DNA of 64,000 nt from an uncultured Methanosarcinales archaeon (lineage in GTDB: Archaea; Halobacteriota; Methanosarcinia; Methanotrichales; Methanotrichaceae), in assembly GCA_963843555.1 (NCBI GenBank), contig CAWJKV010000010.1, positions 80,201-144,200 on the forward strand, written 5' to 3'. The translations under genes and the position numbers were made by a program. This document shows, in pieces, positions 29,807 through 40,287 of the stretch. The notes under the pieces are model-generated. The model had not been told where the DNA came from. It ran no database searches and was given only the letters and a program-made list of their open reading frames with translations. The stretch's first letter is position 1, and every line of letters starts with the position of its first letter.

Positions 29807-30732
29807 CATCGTTCCGAAATTTTGAGACTCTGCTGCCAAAGCTGGAAAGTGATCCCGTGAAGAACGGCATCAAGATATTCTATGAGGTAAAGACCAATCT
29901 CAATCGTCACCAGATCAAGGCTCTGGCGGATGCAGGCATCATTTACCTGCAGCCCGGGATTGAAAGCCTTTCCACTCACCTGTTGCAGCTCATGGGCAAA
30001 GGAACCACTACCATTCAGAACCTCTCTTTCTTGAAATGTTGCCGTGACTATGGAATTTTTGTCTTCTGGAATAACCTCATTCGTCTGCCTGGAGAGAAGG
30101 AAGGGGACTATTTGGAGATGGAGGACTTGATACCGAAGATACATCATCTCTACCCACCAAGCGGAGGCGCAAAAAAGGTCGAATGCCATCGTTTCAGTCC
30201 TTACTTCTCAGGAAGGGCGAAGGGAGCGGAGAATCCACGGCCTCTATCCTGGTACTCTGCCCTTTATCCTGAAGGAAAAATTGACCAAAATCGGGTTGCT
30301 TACTACTTCGATGCCGATTGGACGAATACATTAGGGGATGATGCCTATGAGAGCGTAATCTCAAAGACCGGAGAATGGCTCCAAATCTGGCAAAAGGAGA
30401 TGTTTTTGCCGGAATTGAGGTATCAACTTCAGGCGGACGGAAGTGCAATAGTACTCGATACCAGACAAGGCAATCCCAAAGAAATCAAGTTCGATATTCC
30501 TGAGGCTGGTGTTCTTCAGGCCATCGAGGAACCGGCGAATATTGATACAATCAGCCGAACCTTAGGAGATAGAGCACTTTCAAAAGATGCCGTCGAGGAT
30601 ATCTTGCAGGGTTTCATCGAGTCCAACCTGGCATTTAAAGAGAGGGGGAGATATCTGGGCCTCGCTCTTAAGCATAATGCTAAAGACCTTCCCCATTCCC
30701 TGCGCTGCGGCTTTCTTCCTCAGGAGTATTAG
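29790..30732 (+). pseudogene. C-terminal half of a B12-type RiPP maturation radical SAM enzyme (TIGR03975-like)
   Basis: FETLLPKL, FYEVKTNL, QPGIESLSTHLLQLMGKG, QNL..LK, WN.L...PGE, RFSPYF and AYYFD. No B12-binding domain or Fe-S-binding Cys motif present. Confidence 0.8.
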
Positions 30733-32198
30733 TTGCCCCTAAGAGGTTCGGAAATCTTTGTGCATCTCCCCAATGCTATCACTGCCCCAGTGCCAGCCTT
30801 TCCCAGCTCCTCGCGCAGCACCTGTTCCAACTCCTCCTCTGCCACGGGAAGCCCCAGCAAGCGCGTCGGCGCCAGCACCTCCAAAAGGGCAATGAGATCG
30901 GGCGCTTCCTGGCCGCCGGTCATGGCAGCCACCTCGTTCTTAAGCACGATTACCAGAACCTCTCGTTTCTGCCAGACGGCATTGATCAGGGCCTGCAAAC
31001 CCGAATGCGCCAGAGCATAGTCCCCTATAATGGCGATGCCTTTTTTCCGGAAACCTGAGGCCACGCCTATAGAAGAGCCCAGACCGTAGACCACATCCAC
31101 CGATTCGTAGGGCTCTCTTGTGGCGTGAATGGAACATCCCGCATCCCCGGCCACAGCCACATCCAAATTTTTCAGTGCTCGGAAGAGGGGAATAAAGGGG
31201 CAATCCGGGCAGACACCAGCATAGCCGCGCTCCGCCACTGTCTCATAAGCCTGCAGGCCCTTTTCCGGCTCTTCGTCCAGATTCTTCAGAGCCTGCACGA
31301 TATCCGCTTTCTCTACGAGCCCCCGGGGCAGGTGGCCGGTGAGCTTGCCCAACACTTTGGGGCTCATGCCGAGCTGTGACTCGATGAAAGGCTCCGGTTC
31401 CTCTGCGACCAGGATCAAGCGATGGTCCTCGATGAAGCGGCTGAGCATCTTTCGAGGCAGCGGATTGGTGTAGGCTATAGAAAGAAGTGAGACCCCCAAT
31501 TCCTCCGCCAGCGCGGCAGGAAAGCCGCTGGCGATGATTCCTACCTTTTGAGGATTTTCATCCCTGCAGACCTGCATCCGGTTCAGGTTAGTGGACTCGC
31601 TGGCCACTTCTGCCTTGACCAGGATCTGATCATGATGCCTCTGGTGGCGGCCCTGCATGGTAAGCTCCGGGCACGCCTTCTCAAAGGCCTGGCCCGTTCC
31701 GGGAGAAGGCCGCGGCTGAATTGGAGGGCCCTCCATAGACAGAAGGCGTGGCGTGACCCGGACGATGACCGGTATTCTGAGCGGCTCGGAAAGGGCGTAG
31801 GCCTCAAGGATAGAGGCATGAAGGTGCCCAGGAGATCTGGGATCAAGCACCGGCAGTTCGGCCAACGGTCCATAGAATCGGCTGTCCATCTCTGCCTGGG
31901 AGCGCCTGGGCCCCAGATCGTCGCCCGCAATTATAACCAGACCGGAACCAATGGTGTGCGTGGCCGAGATCACCATCGGGTCGGCGAGATTGTTCATGCC
32001 TACCTGCTTGACCAGGACCATGGAACGCAGGCCCGTCGCCGAACCGCCCAGAGCAATCTCCAGGGCTACCTTCTCATTTACTGAGATTTCCGCCTTCAGC
32101 GCTGCAGCGAGATCGGTTATGGGATAGCCGGGAACGTAGGTCCGAACCTTCGCCCCGGCATCATCTGCGGCTAAGAGTACGGCATCCTGACCGTTCAT
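30729..32198 (-). CDS. IorA-like thiamine-pyrophosphate-dependent 2-oxoacid oxidoreductase alpha homolog
   Basis: NEKVALEIALG, KQVGMN, SQAEMDSR, CPDCP, DAGC and IGD...HSG...N...AMTGGQ. Confidence 0.85.
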   Translation of the reverse strand: MNGQDAVLLAADDAGAKVRTYVPGYPITDLAAALKAEISVNEKVALEIALGGSATGLRSMVLVKQVGMNNLADPMVISATHTIGSGLVIIAGDDLGPRRSQAEMDSRFYGPLAELPVLDPRSPGHLHASILEAYALSEPLRIPVIVRVTPRLLSMEGPPIQPRPSPGTGQAFEKACPELTMQGRHQRHHDQILVKAEVASESTNLNRMQVCRDENPQKVGIIASGFPAALAEELGVSLLSIAYTNPLPRKMLSRFIEDHRLILVAEEPEPFIESQLGMSPKVLGKLTGHLPRGLVEKADIVQALKNLDEEPEKGLQAYETVAERGYAGVCPDCPFIPLFRALKNLDVAVAGDAGCSIHATREPYESVDVVYGLGSSIGVASGFRKKGIAIIGDYALAHSGLQALINAVWQKREVLVIVLKNEVAAMTGGQEAPDLIALLEVLAPTRLLGLPVAEEELEQVLREELGKAGTGAVIALGRCTKISEPLRGN

Positions 32199-33094
32199 GG
32201 CATCCCGGGAACGATTGCATCATCCGGCCGGGCACAGAAGGGCAATGCCGCTACGGCTCCAATCAGCCCCTGACCGTTCATGAGAATCTGCACGCCCGCC
32301 TCGCCCGCGGCTTGCAGAGCATCCTCGTACTGCACTCTCTCCATCTTGCATCTCTGGCCAAAGGGCAGGAGCTCGGAGGGATCAAAATCCCTGAAGACGG
32401 CCATGCCCGTCTGCTCCGAGACGGAGTACTTGCGGAGCATTGCCTTGAAGTCGGAGAGCATGCCTTCTCCTCTTCCGGGCAGGCAGGCGAACTCCACCAC
32501 TGTTGAGACGCAGTTCTGGGTCTTGGTGGGCACAGGAAAGAGCTGCACCAGGGAATGTGAGAGGTAGCGCGCCTCGGGGCGATCGACTTTGCTCGATATA
32601 TTGTGAATCAAGGACCATGTCGCTCCCAGGGTCTTGGAGTCTGTATCATCCACACCGATGATCAATCTCTCTCTCCTGGGCAGGACTATGGTGCCCCGGG
32701 CGACGCGACCGCCACCGCATTCTGTTACATCATAGCGCAGGACATCGTCCGCCTTTGCCCTGGAGAGGGTAGCTCCCACGCCCCCGCCACCCAGGCCCGC
32801 ATAAGTCACCTCCACTTCCGGACCCAGCACCCTGACCGACTCTATTCCAGCAGATCTCCTGGAGGAGGCCAGATCCAGGTCGGCCTCGCCGGGCGAGATC
32901 ATGTAGCGGAACCATTCACCCAGGTTGCGTGAGCTCTGAACCAGGGGTCCCTTAGAGTAATGGTATCTGGCCCAGGCTGAGCCGCCGTAGCAGCTGGAGC
33001 GCTCCATGAGCTCAACATGTTTCTCCGCCGGATCAACTACGGCATGGATCTGCTTGTAGACCACCACATATGGATCTTCTAATTCTAGTTGCAC
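32195..33094 (-). CDS. mmp11: Methanogenesis marker protein 11 (TIGR03280-like)
   Basis: DPYVVVYKQI, CYGGSAW, SAGIE, YAGLGGGGVGA, IGVDDTDS..GATW and VQLFPVPTKTQNC. Confidence 0.85.
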   Translation of the reverse strand: MQLELEDPYVVVYKQIHAVVDPAEKHVELMERSSCYGGSAWARYHYSKGPLVQSSRNLGEWFRYMISPGEADLDLASSRRSAGIESVRVLGPEVEVTYAGLGGGGVGATLSRAKADDVLRYDVTECGGGRVARGTIVLPRRERLIIGVDDTDSKTLGATWSLIHNISSKVDRPEARYLSHSLVQLFPVPTKTQNCVSTVVEFACLPGRGEGMLSDFKAMLRKYSVSEQTGMAVFRDFDPSELLPFGQRCKMERVQYEDALQAAGEAGVQILMNGQGLIGAVAALPFCARPDDAIVPGMP

Positions 33095-33149
33095 GCCTCA
33101 TTCCTTGGCTGAGCTCTCTGATAAGTTCTCCGATGAACTCAACGATGAA

Positions 33150-34484
33150 TCAATCCGTGTTGAATTCTCCGATTGCGCCTCTTGATCCATCTCTGTTGCC
33201 GGCAGTGCCCTTCACGCCCTTCATATATTCTCTCAATACCACTGTGGCGTAGCTTCCTTTGGGTAGCATGAACTCCAGCTCAGCAATATCTCCCTCGACA
33301 CTGATTTGAGGTTGGACGGGACATATTGCAGTCCGCCTTGTGCCTCGCGAGCCAAGATCTGCATTCTCCTCCACCCTGAAGTTCTCCTGGGAGACCCCCT
33401 CTTCCGCGAGGACAGCTCTCTCGATCTCGCCCTCTATGCCTTCTGCCAAAATCGTCTCAAAGCCGATAAGGGGCAGAGTTACAAATGCCCTGCCTCTCCC
33501 GGCCAGTCGGTTGACCGCTTCCAGGTTCTCTGAAGTAACCGCCTGTTGCTTATCCATATCCGGCAAACCCCCTCTGGCAAAGCAGACCACATCGCCCTCA
33601 ACGGCTCTGTCCAACGGCAGTTTTGCATCCAGCCTGCGGCTGAGGATCTTATTGAAGAGATATGACTGGTAAGCGTGCAGAAAGAGCCGCTTCAGATTGA
33701 CGGAAAGAACATCAAAGGATTGAGCATAATCACCGGGGTGCTCCGCCAGGTAGTTGAGCATAGCCATTTCATGGTGCAGGTACGCAGGAAAGCCGTTCAG
33801 GGCGGTTGGGATATCTCGACTCGCCCATAGCTCTTCGCGAGCCACTCTGGTCCTATCTGGCTCGCCGGAAAAGGGCAAGGCCAGATAGATATAAACCGCT
33901 TCTTCAATCTTGCCTCTCGCCAGAGCCTCGCCCACTTTATGGGTCACTGGCCTCGTGTCCCCGAACCTCTGCACGCCGAAGTAGTTGGGAACGCCCTTTT
34001 GCTGCACTATCTCCTCGGTGATGCGGGCCAGAATGGCAGTCGGCTCAGGGCAGGCGAGCTCTCGAATGGTGATGCGAAAACGATTGCCTAGCAGATCTCC
34101 CAGGCCCACAGAGCGGTTCGTCCTTCCCAGCACCCTTATTTTCAGGTCAGGCAAAGTGATCCTCTTCAGCTCCGCTTCATCCAGGTTCATGATGCTGATC
34201 CTCTGGACCGTCACCGCCCGCTTGTCCTTGGTCCCGGCCCAGCCGAATCTCTTCTGGCTGATGCGAAGTCTCCTGGACATCTCCCGGATGAGGTGGTGGG
34301 TATCCCAATCGGTCTTCTCCACTTCCAATACCAGGTACCTTCCGCCTTCGTAGTTCTGCTCCTCGAAGACTTCATCCACCAGGAAGTCTTCTGGACAGCT
34401 TCTGATAACGCCACCACAGCCAGGGCTGTTTGTAATGTAGTAATCCATACCCAGGAATCGATCCTGATCTGTTGCGGGTATCAT
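33150..34484 (-). CDS. truD: tRNA pseudouridine(13) synthase
   Basis: PEDFLVDE, AGTKDKRAVT, GNRF, PNYFGVQRFG, AYQSYLFN and LPKGSYAT. Confidence 0.96.
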   Translation of the reverse strand: MIPATDQDRFLGMDYYITNSPGCGGVIRSCPEDFLVDEVFEEQNYEGGRYLVLEVEKTDWDTHHLIREMSRRLRISQKRFGWAGTKDKRAVTVQRISIMNLDEAELKRITLPDLKIRVLGRTNRSVGLGDLLGNRFRITIRELACPEPTAILARITEEIVQQKGVPNYFGVQRFGDTRPVTHKVGEALARGKIEEAVYIYLALPFSGEPDRTRVAREELWASRDIPTALNGFPAYLHHEMAMLNYLAEHPGDYAQSFDVLSVNLKRLFLHAYQSYLFNKILSRRLDAKLPLDRAVEGDVVCFARGGLPDMDKQQAVTSENLEAVNRLAGRGRAFVTLPLIGFETILAEGIEGEIERAVLAEEGVSQENFRVEENADLGSRGTRRTAICPVQPQISVEGDIAELEFMLPKGSYATVVLREYMKGVKGTAGNRDGSRGAIGEFNTD

Positions 34485-34512
34485 ATCGGCTCCAGAGATG
34501 CAAAAGATGATT

Positions 34513-34866
34513 TCAGACGAGCTTGAGCTTGCCTGTTACTTTATCCATCAGCTTATTATGGGCAGGGCCCAGGCCCAGAGCAGTTATGGTGCCGGCAGGA
34601 ATCTCTGTCAAGCCGGCATCGGCAACAATGGCGCTGGGAATGCCGGCCCTTTCCGCATCCTCTCGCAGCCGGAAGAGATCAGGGACCCCAGGCACTTTCA
34701 GGATCACCTTTTTTTGGCCTTCTGCCTTCCAGCTTGAGACCGCCGACTTATCCATTTTTTCTGCCCTCTCCACAGCCATGACTGCGGCATGAGCTACCTG
34801 CACGGCCAGCTTTCCTGCCGAGAGCTTCAGATCCTCTCTAATTACTATGCATTGTTTGAAATCCAT
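34513..34866 (-). CDS. pth2: Peptidyl-tRNA hydrolase, Pth2 type
   Basis: KQCIVIREDLKLSAGKLAVQVAHA, GQKKVILK and DAGLTEI..GTITALGLGP. Confidence 0.96.
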   Translation of the reverse strand: MDFKQCIVIREDLKLSAGKLAVQVAHAAVMAVERAEKMDKSAVSSWKAEGQKKVILKVPGVPDLFRLREDAERAGIPSAIVADAGLTEIPAGTITALGLGPAHNKLMDKVTGKLKLV

Positions 34867-34925
34867 AAAAGGATGACCTCACTGTGAATCAGAAACTCTG
34901 AGTGTCGGAAAAAGAGGCGAGAATG

Positions 34926-36260
34926 TTACGCCTCTTTGGTGAGCACCTTGACACAAGAAGGACTCTTGACGATATTGCCCATCTTCGCACCGATGAGGTA
35001 CTCCAGGCCCTTATCGGCTGCAATATCCAGGACGCGCTGCGTCACTACGCCGTCGAAGATCACGCCGTTGACCTCTCCGTTGGATTCCTTCAGCTCTCTG
35101 GCCAGATCCCTAACTGCGACCTCTTTGAGGACGTTCTGGTTCCTGTCCAGGAGCCTGGCACATAGGGTGCCATCCAATTCCTCCATATGCTTTCTGAACC
35201 ATTCCTTCACCGGCTCGGGCTCAGGAATAGGCTCAGGAGCCGCGACAACGATCTCTTCCACGACGGGAACGGGTGCTGCCTTCGGTACGACCTCACGGGG
35301 CATGACCCTGCGTGGTGCGATGGCTTCCGCCCTTTCGGCGGTGGTTCGAACGCATAGGGGCTTCTCGCGGATGAGGCTCTTTCTCTTGGTGGTGATTTCG
35401 CGCCTTCTCTTGGGTTGGTTCTTGATCTTGTATTGATCCAGCACCTGCTCGACAGGGATCTTCTGGCGCAAAGCCCGAACGATCTCCTTCTGAGTCATAT
35501 CCTCTACGCTTTTGCCCTCTGGTGCCCTGGCCACATAATCGATGTCTGCAACCTGGAGAAGCTCTTTTACAATCAGTTCCCCTCCCCTGTCGCCATCAGT
35601 GAAGGCGGTAACGACCTTCTTGGCACAGAGGTCAGCGATAGTGGGAGGCACATTTGTTCCGCCCACAGCCACGGCGTTCTTGATGCCGTACTTGAGCAGA
35701 TTGAGCACATCGGCACGGCCCTCAACCACCAGGATGGCATCCGAGTCCACCACATTGGGACCGGCAGGCAGATTGTCCTTGCCCAGATGGGTTATCTCCT
35801 CCACGCGCACGGACTGCTTTATCTCCTCGGTGATCTCTTCCGTCTCCAGGATGTTCTCATCAAACATCTCCACCAGGATGCGCTTGGCCCTTTCAATGAC
35901 ATACCTCCTCTTGGAGGCACGCACATCTTCGATGCGGTTGACGGCGATACGAGCGATGCAGGGCCCTACGCGGTCTATGGTCTCCAGAGCTGCAGCCAAA
36001 ATAGCCGTCTCGACCTTATCGAAACTGGACGGAATAGAGATGGTGCCGCTGGACTTTCCTCCGCTGGATGTAATCTGGACGTCGATCCTGCCCAACCTCC
36101 CTGTTTTTTGAAGGTCTCTCAAGTCGAGGTCGCTTCCCAGAAGGCCTTCGGTCTGGCCGAAGATGGCGCCGACCACATCCGGCCGCTCCACTATCCCCTC
36201 CGCTGTTATATCCGCATAAATAACATATTTAGTTGTATCAACATTTTGCATGTATGACAC
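34926..36260 (-). CDS. dnaG: Archaeal DnaG (TOPRIM primase-like, exosome-associated)
   Basis: [27 protein letters not shown] and FDGVVTQR. Confidence 0.96.
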   Translation of the reverse strand: MSYMQNVDTTKYVIYADITAEGIVERPDVVGAIFGQTEGLLGSDLDLRDLQKTGRLGRIDVQITSSGGKSSGTISIPSSFDKVETAILAAALETIDRVGPCIARIAVNRIEDVRASKRRYVIERAKRILVEMFDENILETEEITEEIKQSVRVEEITHLGKDNLPAGPNVVDSDAILVVEGRADVLNLLKYGIKNAVAVGGTNVPPTIADLCAKKVVTAFTDGDRGGELIVKELLQVADIDYVARAPEGKSVEDMTQKEIVRALRQKIPVEQVLDQYKIKNQPKRRREITTKRKSLIREKPLCVRTTAERAEAIAPRRVMPREVVPKAAPVPVVEEIVVAAPEPIPEPEPVKEWFRKHMEELDGTLCARLLDRNQNVLKEVAVRDLARELKESNGEVNGVIFDGVVTQRVLDIAADKGLEYLIGAKMGNIVKSPSCVKVLTKEA

Positions 36261-36660
36261 CTCTTGTTTTAAAATAGTTAGATAAAAGTCACACCAACAC
36301 TCAGAGAGCCAAAGCTATTAGCAGACCAACAGGAGCTGATTCGCGACCTATTGTCGCAATTCGACTACGCCTATAATAAGGCAGGCAGTGAGCAGTGAAT
36401 GATGGTGAATGTGAGTTTATCCAACTATTTCAGTATCCATTTGTCAATATCATGGAATATATGATAGAAATGCCCACATATGAGCGTTCTTTTCTCCATT
36501 TTGCTGGCATTTCATCGCCCCAAGTTTCACTTAGGACTTAATTATCATGTGATGCGAAGCTCAAATGCGTACTTCTACCACTTAAAATTGCACGAAACTA
36601 GTTTATGAACTTTGTGGTGGAGATTGAGGTCTCCAGCTTATTCAAGATATATAAAAGTTC

Positions 36661-37702
36661 CTATAATACTATAAATCCATTTGCTGTTCTTACTACGTCC
36701 ACCTCTTCGCCGGGCTCGACTTGCAGATCCCTGGGCCGAGACGCGAGAGCTGACTTGAAAGTCTCTGGATCCATGATCTCCAGAACGTCGTTATCTTTGG
36801 TGATAACCATCGCTTTCAGGGCGTCGGCTCTATTTCCCAGGATCTCCACGCCCTCGGAGTTTTCTTCGCTCATGCTGGACCTGCGACCCTCGTGAAGTGA
36901 GGTTATTTGCGTTGTTTTGCCATCGAATCCTGACACAAAGGAGAGCGACCCGCGGAAGGATACAATATCTCCTCTCTTCAATCTCGGGAACCTTACCAAC
37001 AGGGTGGAACGGTACACATCGCGGCTATCCTTTTTTCCCACCAGTTTGCATGTTTCCAGGAGTCTGCCGCCGAAACGCTCCTGGAAAACCCTGGCCATAC
37101 GCCTCCCCAGCTGCGTCGAGCCCAGTATTATGTCCAGGCCGCCTTTGACCTCCTTCATCTCCTGGATAAAGGATAGCTGGTCGCCACCATGGTAGCCTGA
37201 ATCAGCCATGGACCGGGCGATCTTCTTGCACTCTTCAATCTCCTGTGCAGACATTGAGCGTATGTTGTTTCCCCGTGAGCTGCACTGTCGACTGGAAATA
37301 CTTGCCGGCCATGCGACTGCAGCGATCGCAGGCTACTAGTTTAATCCAGACAGGAATTTCACATTGCTCATTTATGCTCTGGCCTCTGAAACTGCCATTG
37401 ATATCCATTTTGGCCAGATATCTGGTTGCTCCAATTTTTCTGAGCTTGATCTCGACATCTGGCTGGCAGAACTCCTGATGAAACCAAAGTGCATCGACTG
37501 CTGCTGAAGACGCCAGTTCCTCTAATGGACGATCTTCCGGTAGCTGCCACTTTCCTTTTGTCTGTCGAGAGCTGCAGACAGAGCAGATGACCACCTCGAC
37601 CATATCGGGACAGGTGATCAGTTTTGTCGAATCCCGGGTGCATTGTAGGCACAGCCCCTCTTCCACAGGCATACCGCATTTCGGGCAAACGACCTGCATC
37701 AC
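36661..37702 (-). CDS. nmd3: Nmd3 ribosome export/biogenesis protein, apparent frameshift at ~37277
   Basis: CPKCG...LCLQC, CSVC and CDRCSRMAGKYFQSTVQL continue as (R)GNNIRSMSAQEIEE...GGLDIILGS...LVGKKDSRDVYR. Confidence 0.88.
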
Positions 37703-38025
37703 ATTCGCACCATCTGGGCATAGAGAACACCGTCGATGGTGAGGACGTTCTCCCGTTCTACGTAGCCCAGCCGAATGGCATGCTCAACGGCTTTGCAGCC
37801 CACGAAATTGGCCATAGTTGCCCCTTTGAGAGCCATCTCGACCTCAAAACCTGTGGCCTTTTCCTCTCCAAAAAAGTCCGGGCTGACTTCGATACAAAGA
37901 TGGCCTTCTTTGAATTTTACGCCCAGAATATCGCTATCGCAGACGGCTATCAGCGTTTCTCTTCCTTGCTGGTAAGTTTTAAGACACATCTCTTTCCTTT
38001 CAATCTCATCGGACGTCTCGGACAT
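37699..38025 (-). CDS. DUF424 family protein
   Basis: LIAVCDSDILG, FFG, ATMANFVG..AV..AI.LG and IDGV.YAQ. Confidence 0.9.
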   Translation of the reverse strand: MSETSDEIERKEMCLKTYQQGRETLIAVCDSDILGVKFKEGHLCIEVSPDFFGEEKATGFEVEMALKGATMANFVGCKAVEHAIRLGYVERENVLTIDGVLYAQMVRM

Positions 38026-38108
38026 GGTAATCGAAGCAAATCATATTTGTTGCTGTTTTTGTTAAGGCTCTATTTCAAATCCAGGGCCTAAATAAGCAGC
38101 GCTAGTAT

Positions 38109-40193
38109 TTAAGGCAGCTTCAGCATTCCCGGCCGTGGCTCGAAGACGTCGCCATCTCTTCTCATGCGATCGATGATCTCTTCCGCTTTAGCTCTTTCTA
38201 TGCCCAGCTCCTCTGCCCTATCCAGGACTGCATCTCTGGAAGCCGGGCCCTGGCTCTCGCGGCTCACGTCTCGGATGATATCTATCACCGATTTGGTTCT
38301 ATCTCTGGTGCTCTTGGTCGTGCCTGAAGCGATGATGTCGGCATCCAGGAAACCTGTCTCGGGGTCCACGCCCACTTTTCGCAGACACGCCTCCAGGATC
38401 TTGACCACCCTCTGGGCGTCGGCAAGAGTCACTTTATCGCTCAGGCGAAGCCGGGCGCTGGCCTCGCCCAAACGTATCAAAGCCTCCAGCTGGCGGGCAG
38501 TGACGGGCACCGGCTTATTTGAGTCCTGGCCCTGGGTCCTCAGGCCGACGTAGTACTTCAGGAAATACTCTTTGGCCTCTTCGGTCAGGGTGGGGAATAT
38601 ATTCTTGCGAGCATAGGCCACATATTTCCTGAGCACCTCAGGCTCGATGGCAGGCATTATCACAGTAAGGGCATTATCGATATCCTCCTGAGATATATCC
38701 GGGTTCCAGGCCTTTTGGGTGGAGAGCTCACCGGCATAGTTGCTCTTCAGGATGTGCTGTGCGATAGCCGAATCCCTCTTGGTGTCCGGATCATCGGTCA
38801 GAACGAAGATCAGGTCGAACCGCGACATGAGGGCTGGAGTGAGATTGATCTGGGGGGCGATGGGCTCGTACTTGTCGAACCTTCCCAGTTTCGGGTTGGC
38901 GGCGGCCAGGAGAGAGCAGCGAGACTTCAGTGTAGCCATAACCCCGGCCTTGGCGACGCTTATCGTTTGTTGCTCCATCGCTTCGTGCAGGGCGCTCTTG
39001 TCCTCGTTGTTCATCTTGTCCATCTCATCTATGGCGGCTATGCCCTTATCTGCCAGAACCAGGGCGCCTGCCTCGATGGTCCAGCGGCCGTCGCCCAGCT
39101 CGTCCTTGACAGCCGTAGCGGTGAGGCCGGCAGAGGTGGAGCTCTTGCCCGAGGTGTAGATGCCGCGAGGCGAGATCTTGATCATGTACCTTAAAAGCTG
39201 AGATTTGGCGATGCCCGGATCTCCCACCAGGAGGATGTGAATATCCCCGCGGATGCGTGCCCCATCGGGAAGATGCTTCTCGAATCCTGAGACCAATTGC
39301 AGGCCCAGAGCCTCTTTTACATCCTCGTAGCCGTAGATGGATGGGGCAATGGAATTTCTTATATTTTCATAGATCTCCGGGTCGCGAGACATCTTCAGGA
39401 TCATCTCCTCATCCTCCGGAGAGATGTCGATCTCTTCGAACTCCTGATCCTTCATCTCCACAGAGATGCCCTTATGGAAGAGGTCAAAGTAGGTGCTCTT
39501 GCCCTGCTGGGGGTTGCTTCGCTGGTAGGATTTGAGAACACCGTTGACGATAACACGGTCTCCGGGGAATATCCTGCCCGCAAGGTCATCCTCCAACTCG
39601 ACATCCAGAGTTTGAGGCTGCTGTCCGCCCCGCAGTTCCTCGGGCGACTCCTGTACCCTGATCTTCTGGGCATCGACGAACTTGGATTGGGCCAGCATGA
39701 GCTTGAAAGGTCCGCCTCTGTCGCAGGCCTGATTCATGCACTTCAGGTTCTGGTCCTCGAACTTGTTGCCCGTCTGCTCCTTGAAGAAGGTGAAGCCGCA
39801 CCTCTGGCACTGGAAGGCGGCAGAGGTGATCTTAGGCCTCACCTCCGTTGCCGTCCTGACCAGGCCGTCAATGGCCAGCAGCTTGCCGATGTGATCCGAG
39901 CGCAGCTCGCGAGTCTTGAAATGGCGGGGCAGCTCCTCGATGCGCACATGTGCCCGATCCATGTAAACATCCATAGGCAGGTCAAGCTCCAGCATGGCAG
40001 CACGCGCAGCTTCCAGAGTCGCTTCCGGGTTTTCCATCAACTCTTCGGCGAAGTCGGGGTCGAACTTGTCAATATCTGAGAAGCGAATCTTCAAGCTGCG
40101 CTCATCAGGGTAGGAGTCAGCCAGCTCCAGAAGATCATCCCAGTAACGAGACCGGAGGAATTCCTCCCATTTGGCGACAGGATCGGCGGGCAT
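38109..40193 (-). CDS. mcm: Replicative helicase MCM (no intein)
   Basis: CQRCG...C...C Zn finger, GDPGIAKS, SSTSAGLTA, IDEMDKM and SRFD. Confidence 0.97.
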   Translation of the reverse strand: MPADPVAKWEEFLRSRYWDDLLELADSYPDERSLKIRFSDIDKFDPDFAEELMENPEATLEAARAAMLELDLPMDVYMDRAHVRIEELPRHFKTRELRSDHIGKLLAIDGLVRTATEVRPKITSAAFQCQRCGFTFFKEQTGNKFEDQNLKCMNQACDRGGPFKLMLAQSKFVDAQKIRVQESPEELRGGQQPQTLDVELEDDLAGRIFPGDRVIVNGVLKSYQRSNPQQGKSTYFDLFHKGISVEMKDQEFEEIDISPEDEEMILKMSRDPEIYENIRNSIAPSIYGYEDVKEALGLQLVSGFEKHLPDGARIRGDIHILLVGDPGIAKSQLLRYMIKISPRGIYTSGKSSTSAGLTATAVKDELGDGRWTIEAGALVLADKGIAAIDEMDKMNNEDKSALHEAMEQQTISVAKAGVMATLKSRCSLLAAANPKLGRFDKYEPIAPQINLTPALMSRFDLIFVLTDDPDTKRDSAIAQHILKSNYAGELSTQKAWNPDISQEDIDNALTVIMPAIEPEVLRKYVAYARKNIFPTLTEEAKEYFLKYYVGLRTQGQDSNKPVPVTARQLEALIRLGEASARLRLSDKVTLADAQRVVKILEACLRKVGVDPETGFLDADIIASGTTKSTRDRTKSVIDIIRDVSRESQGPASRDAVLDRAEELGIERAKAEEIIDRMRRDGDVFEPRPGMLKLP

Positions 40194-40287
40194 TTGCGAG
40201 GGGATGTAGGATGGGCAAAGTATCTAAAGGATTTGGAGCGGGGTGAGATTGCATGAAATTTTTTCACGACAGAAAAGCTAAAAGCCT

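Noticed and set aside
36270..36655. Intergenic region between dnaG and nmd3 as a possible ncRNA
   Set aside because: No recognisable SRP, RNase P or box C/D pattern; a covariance-model search would be needed.
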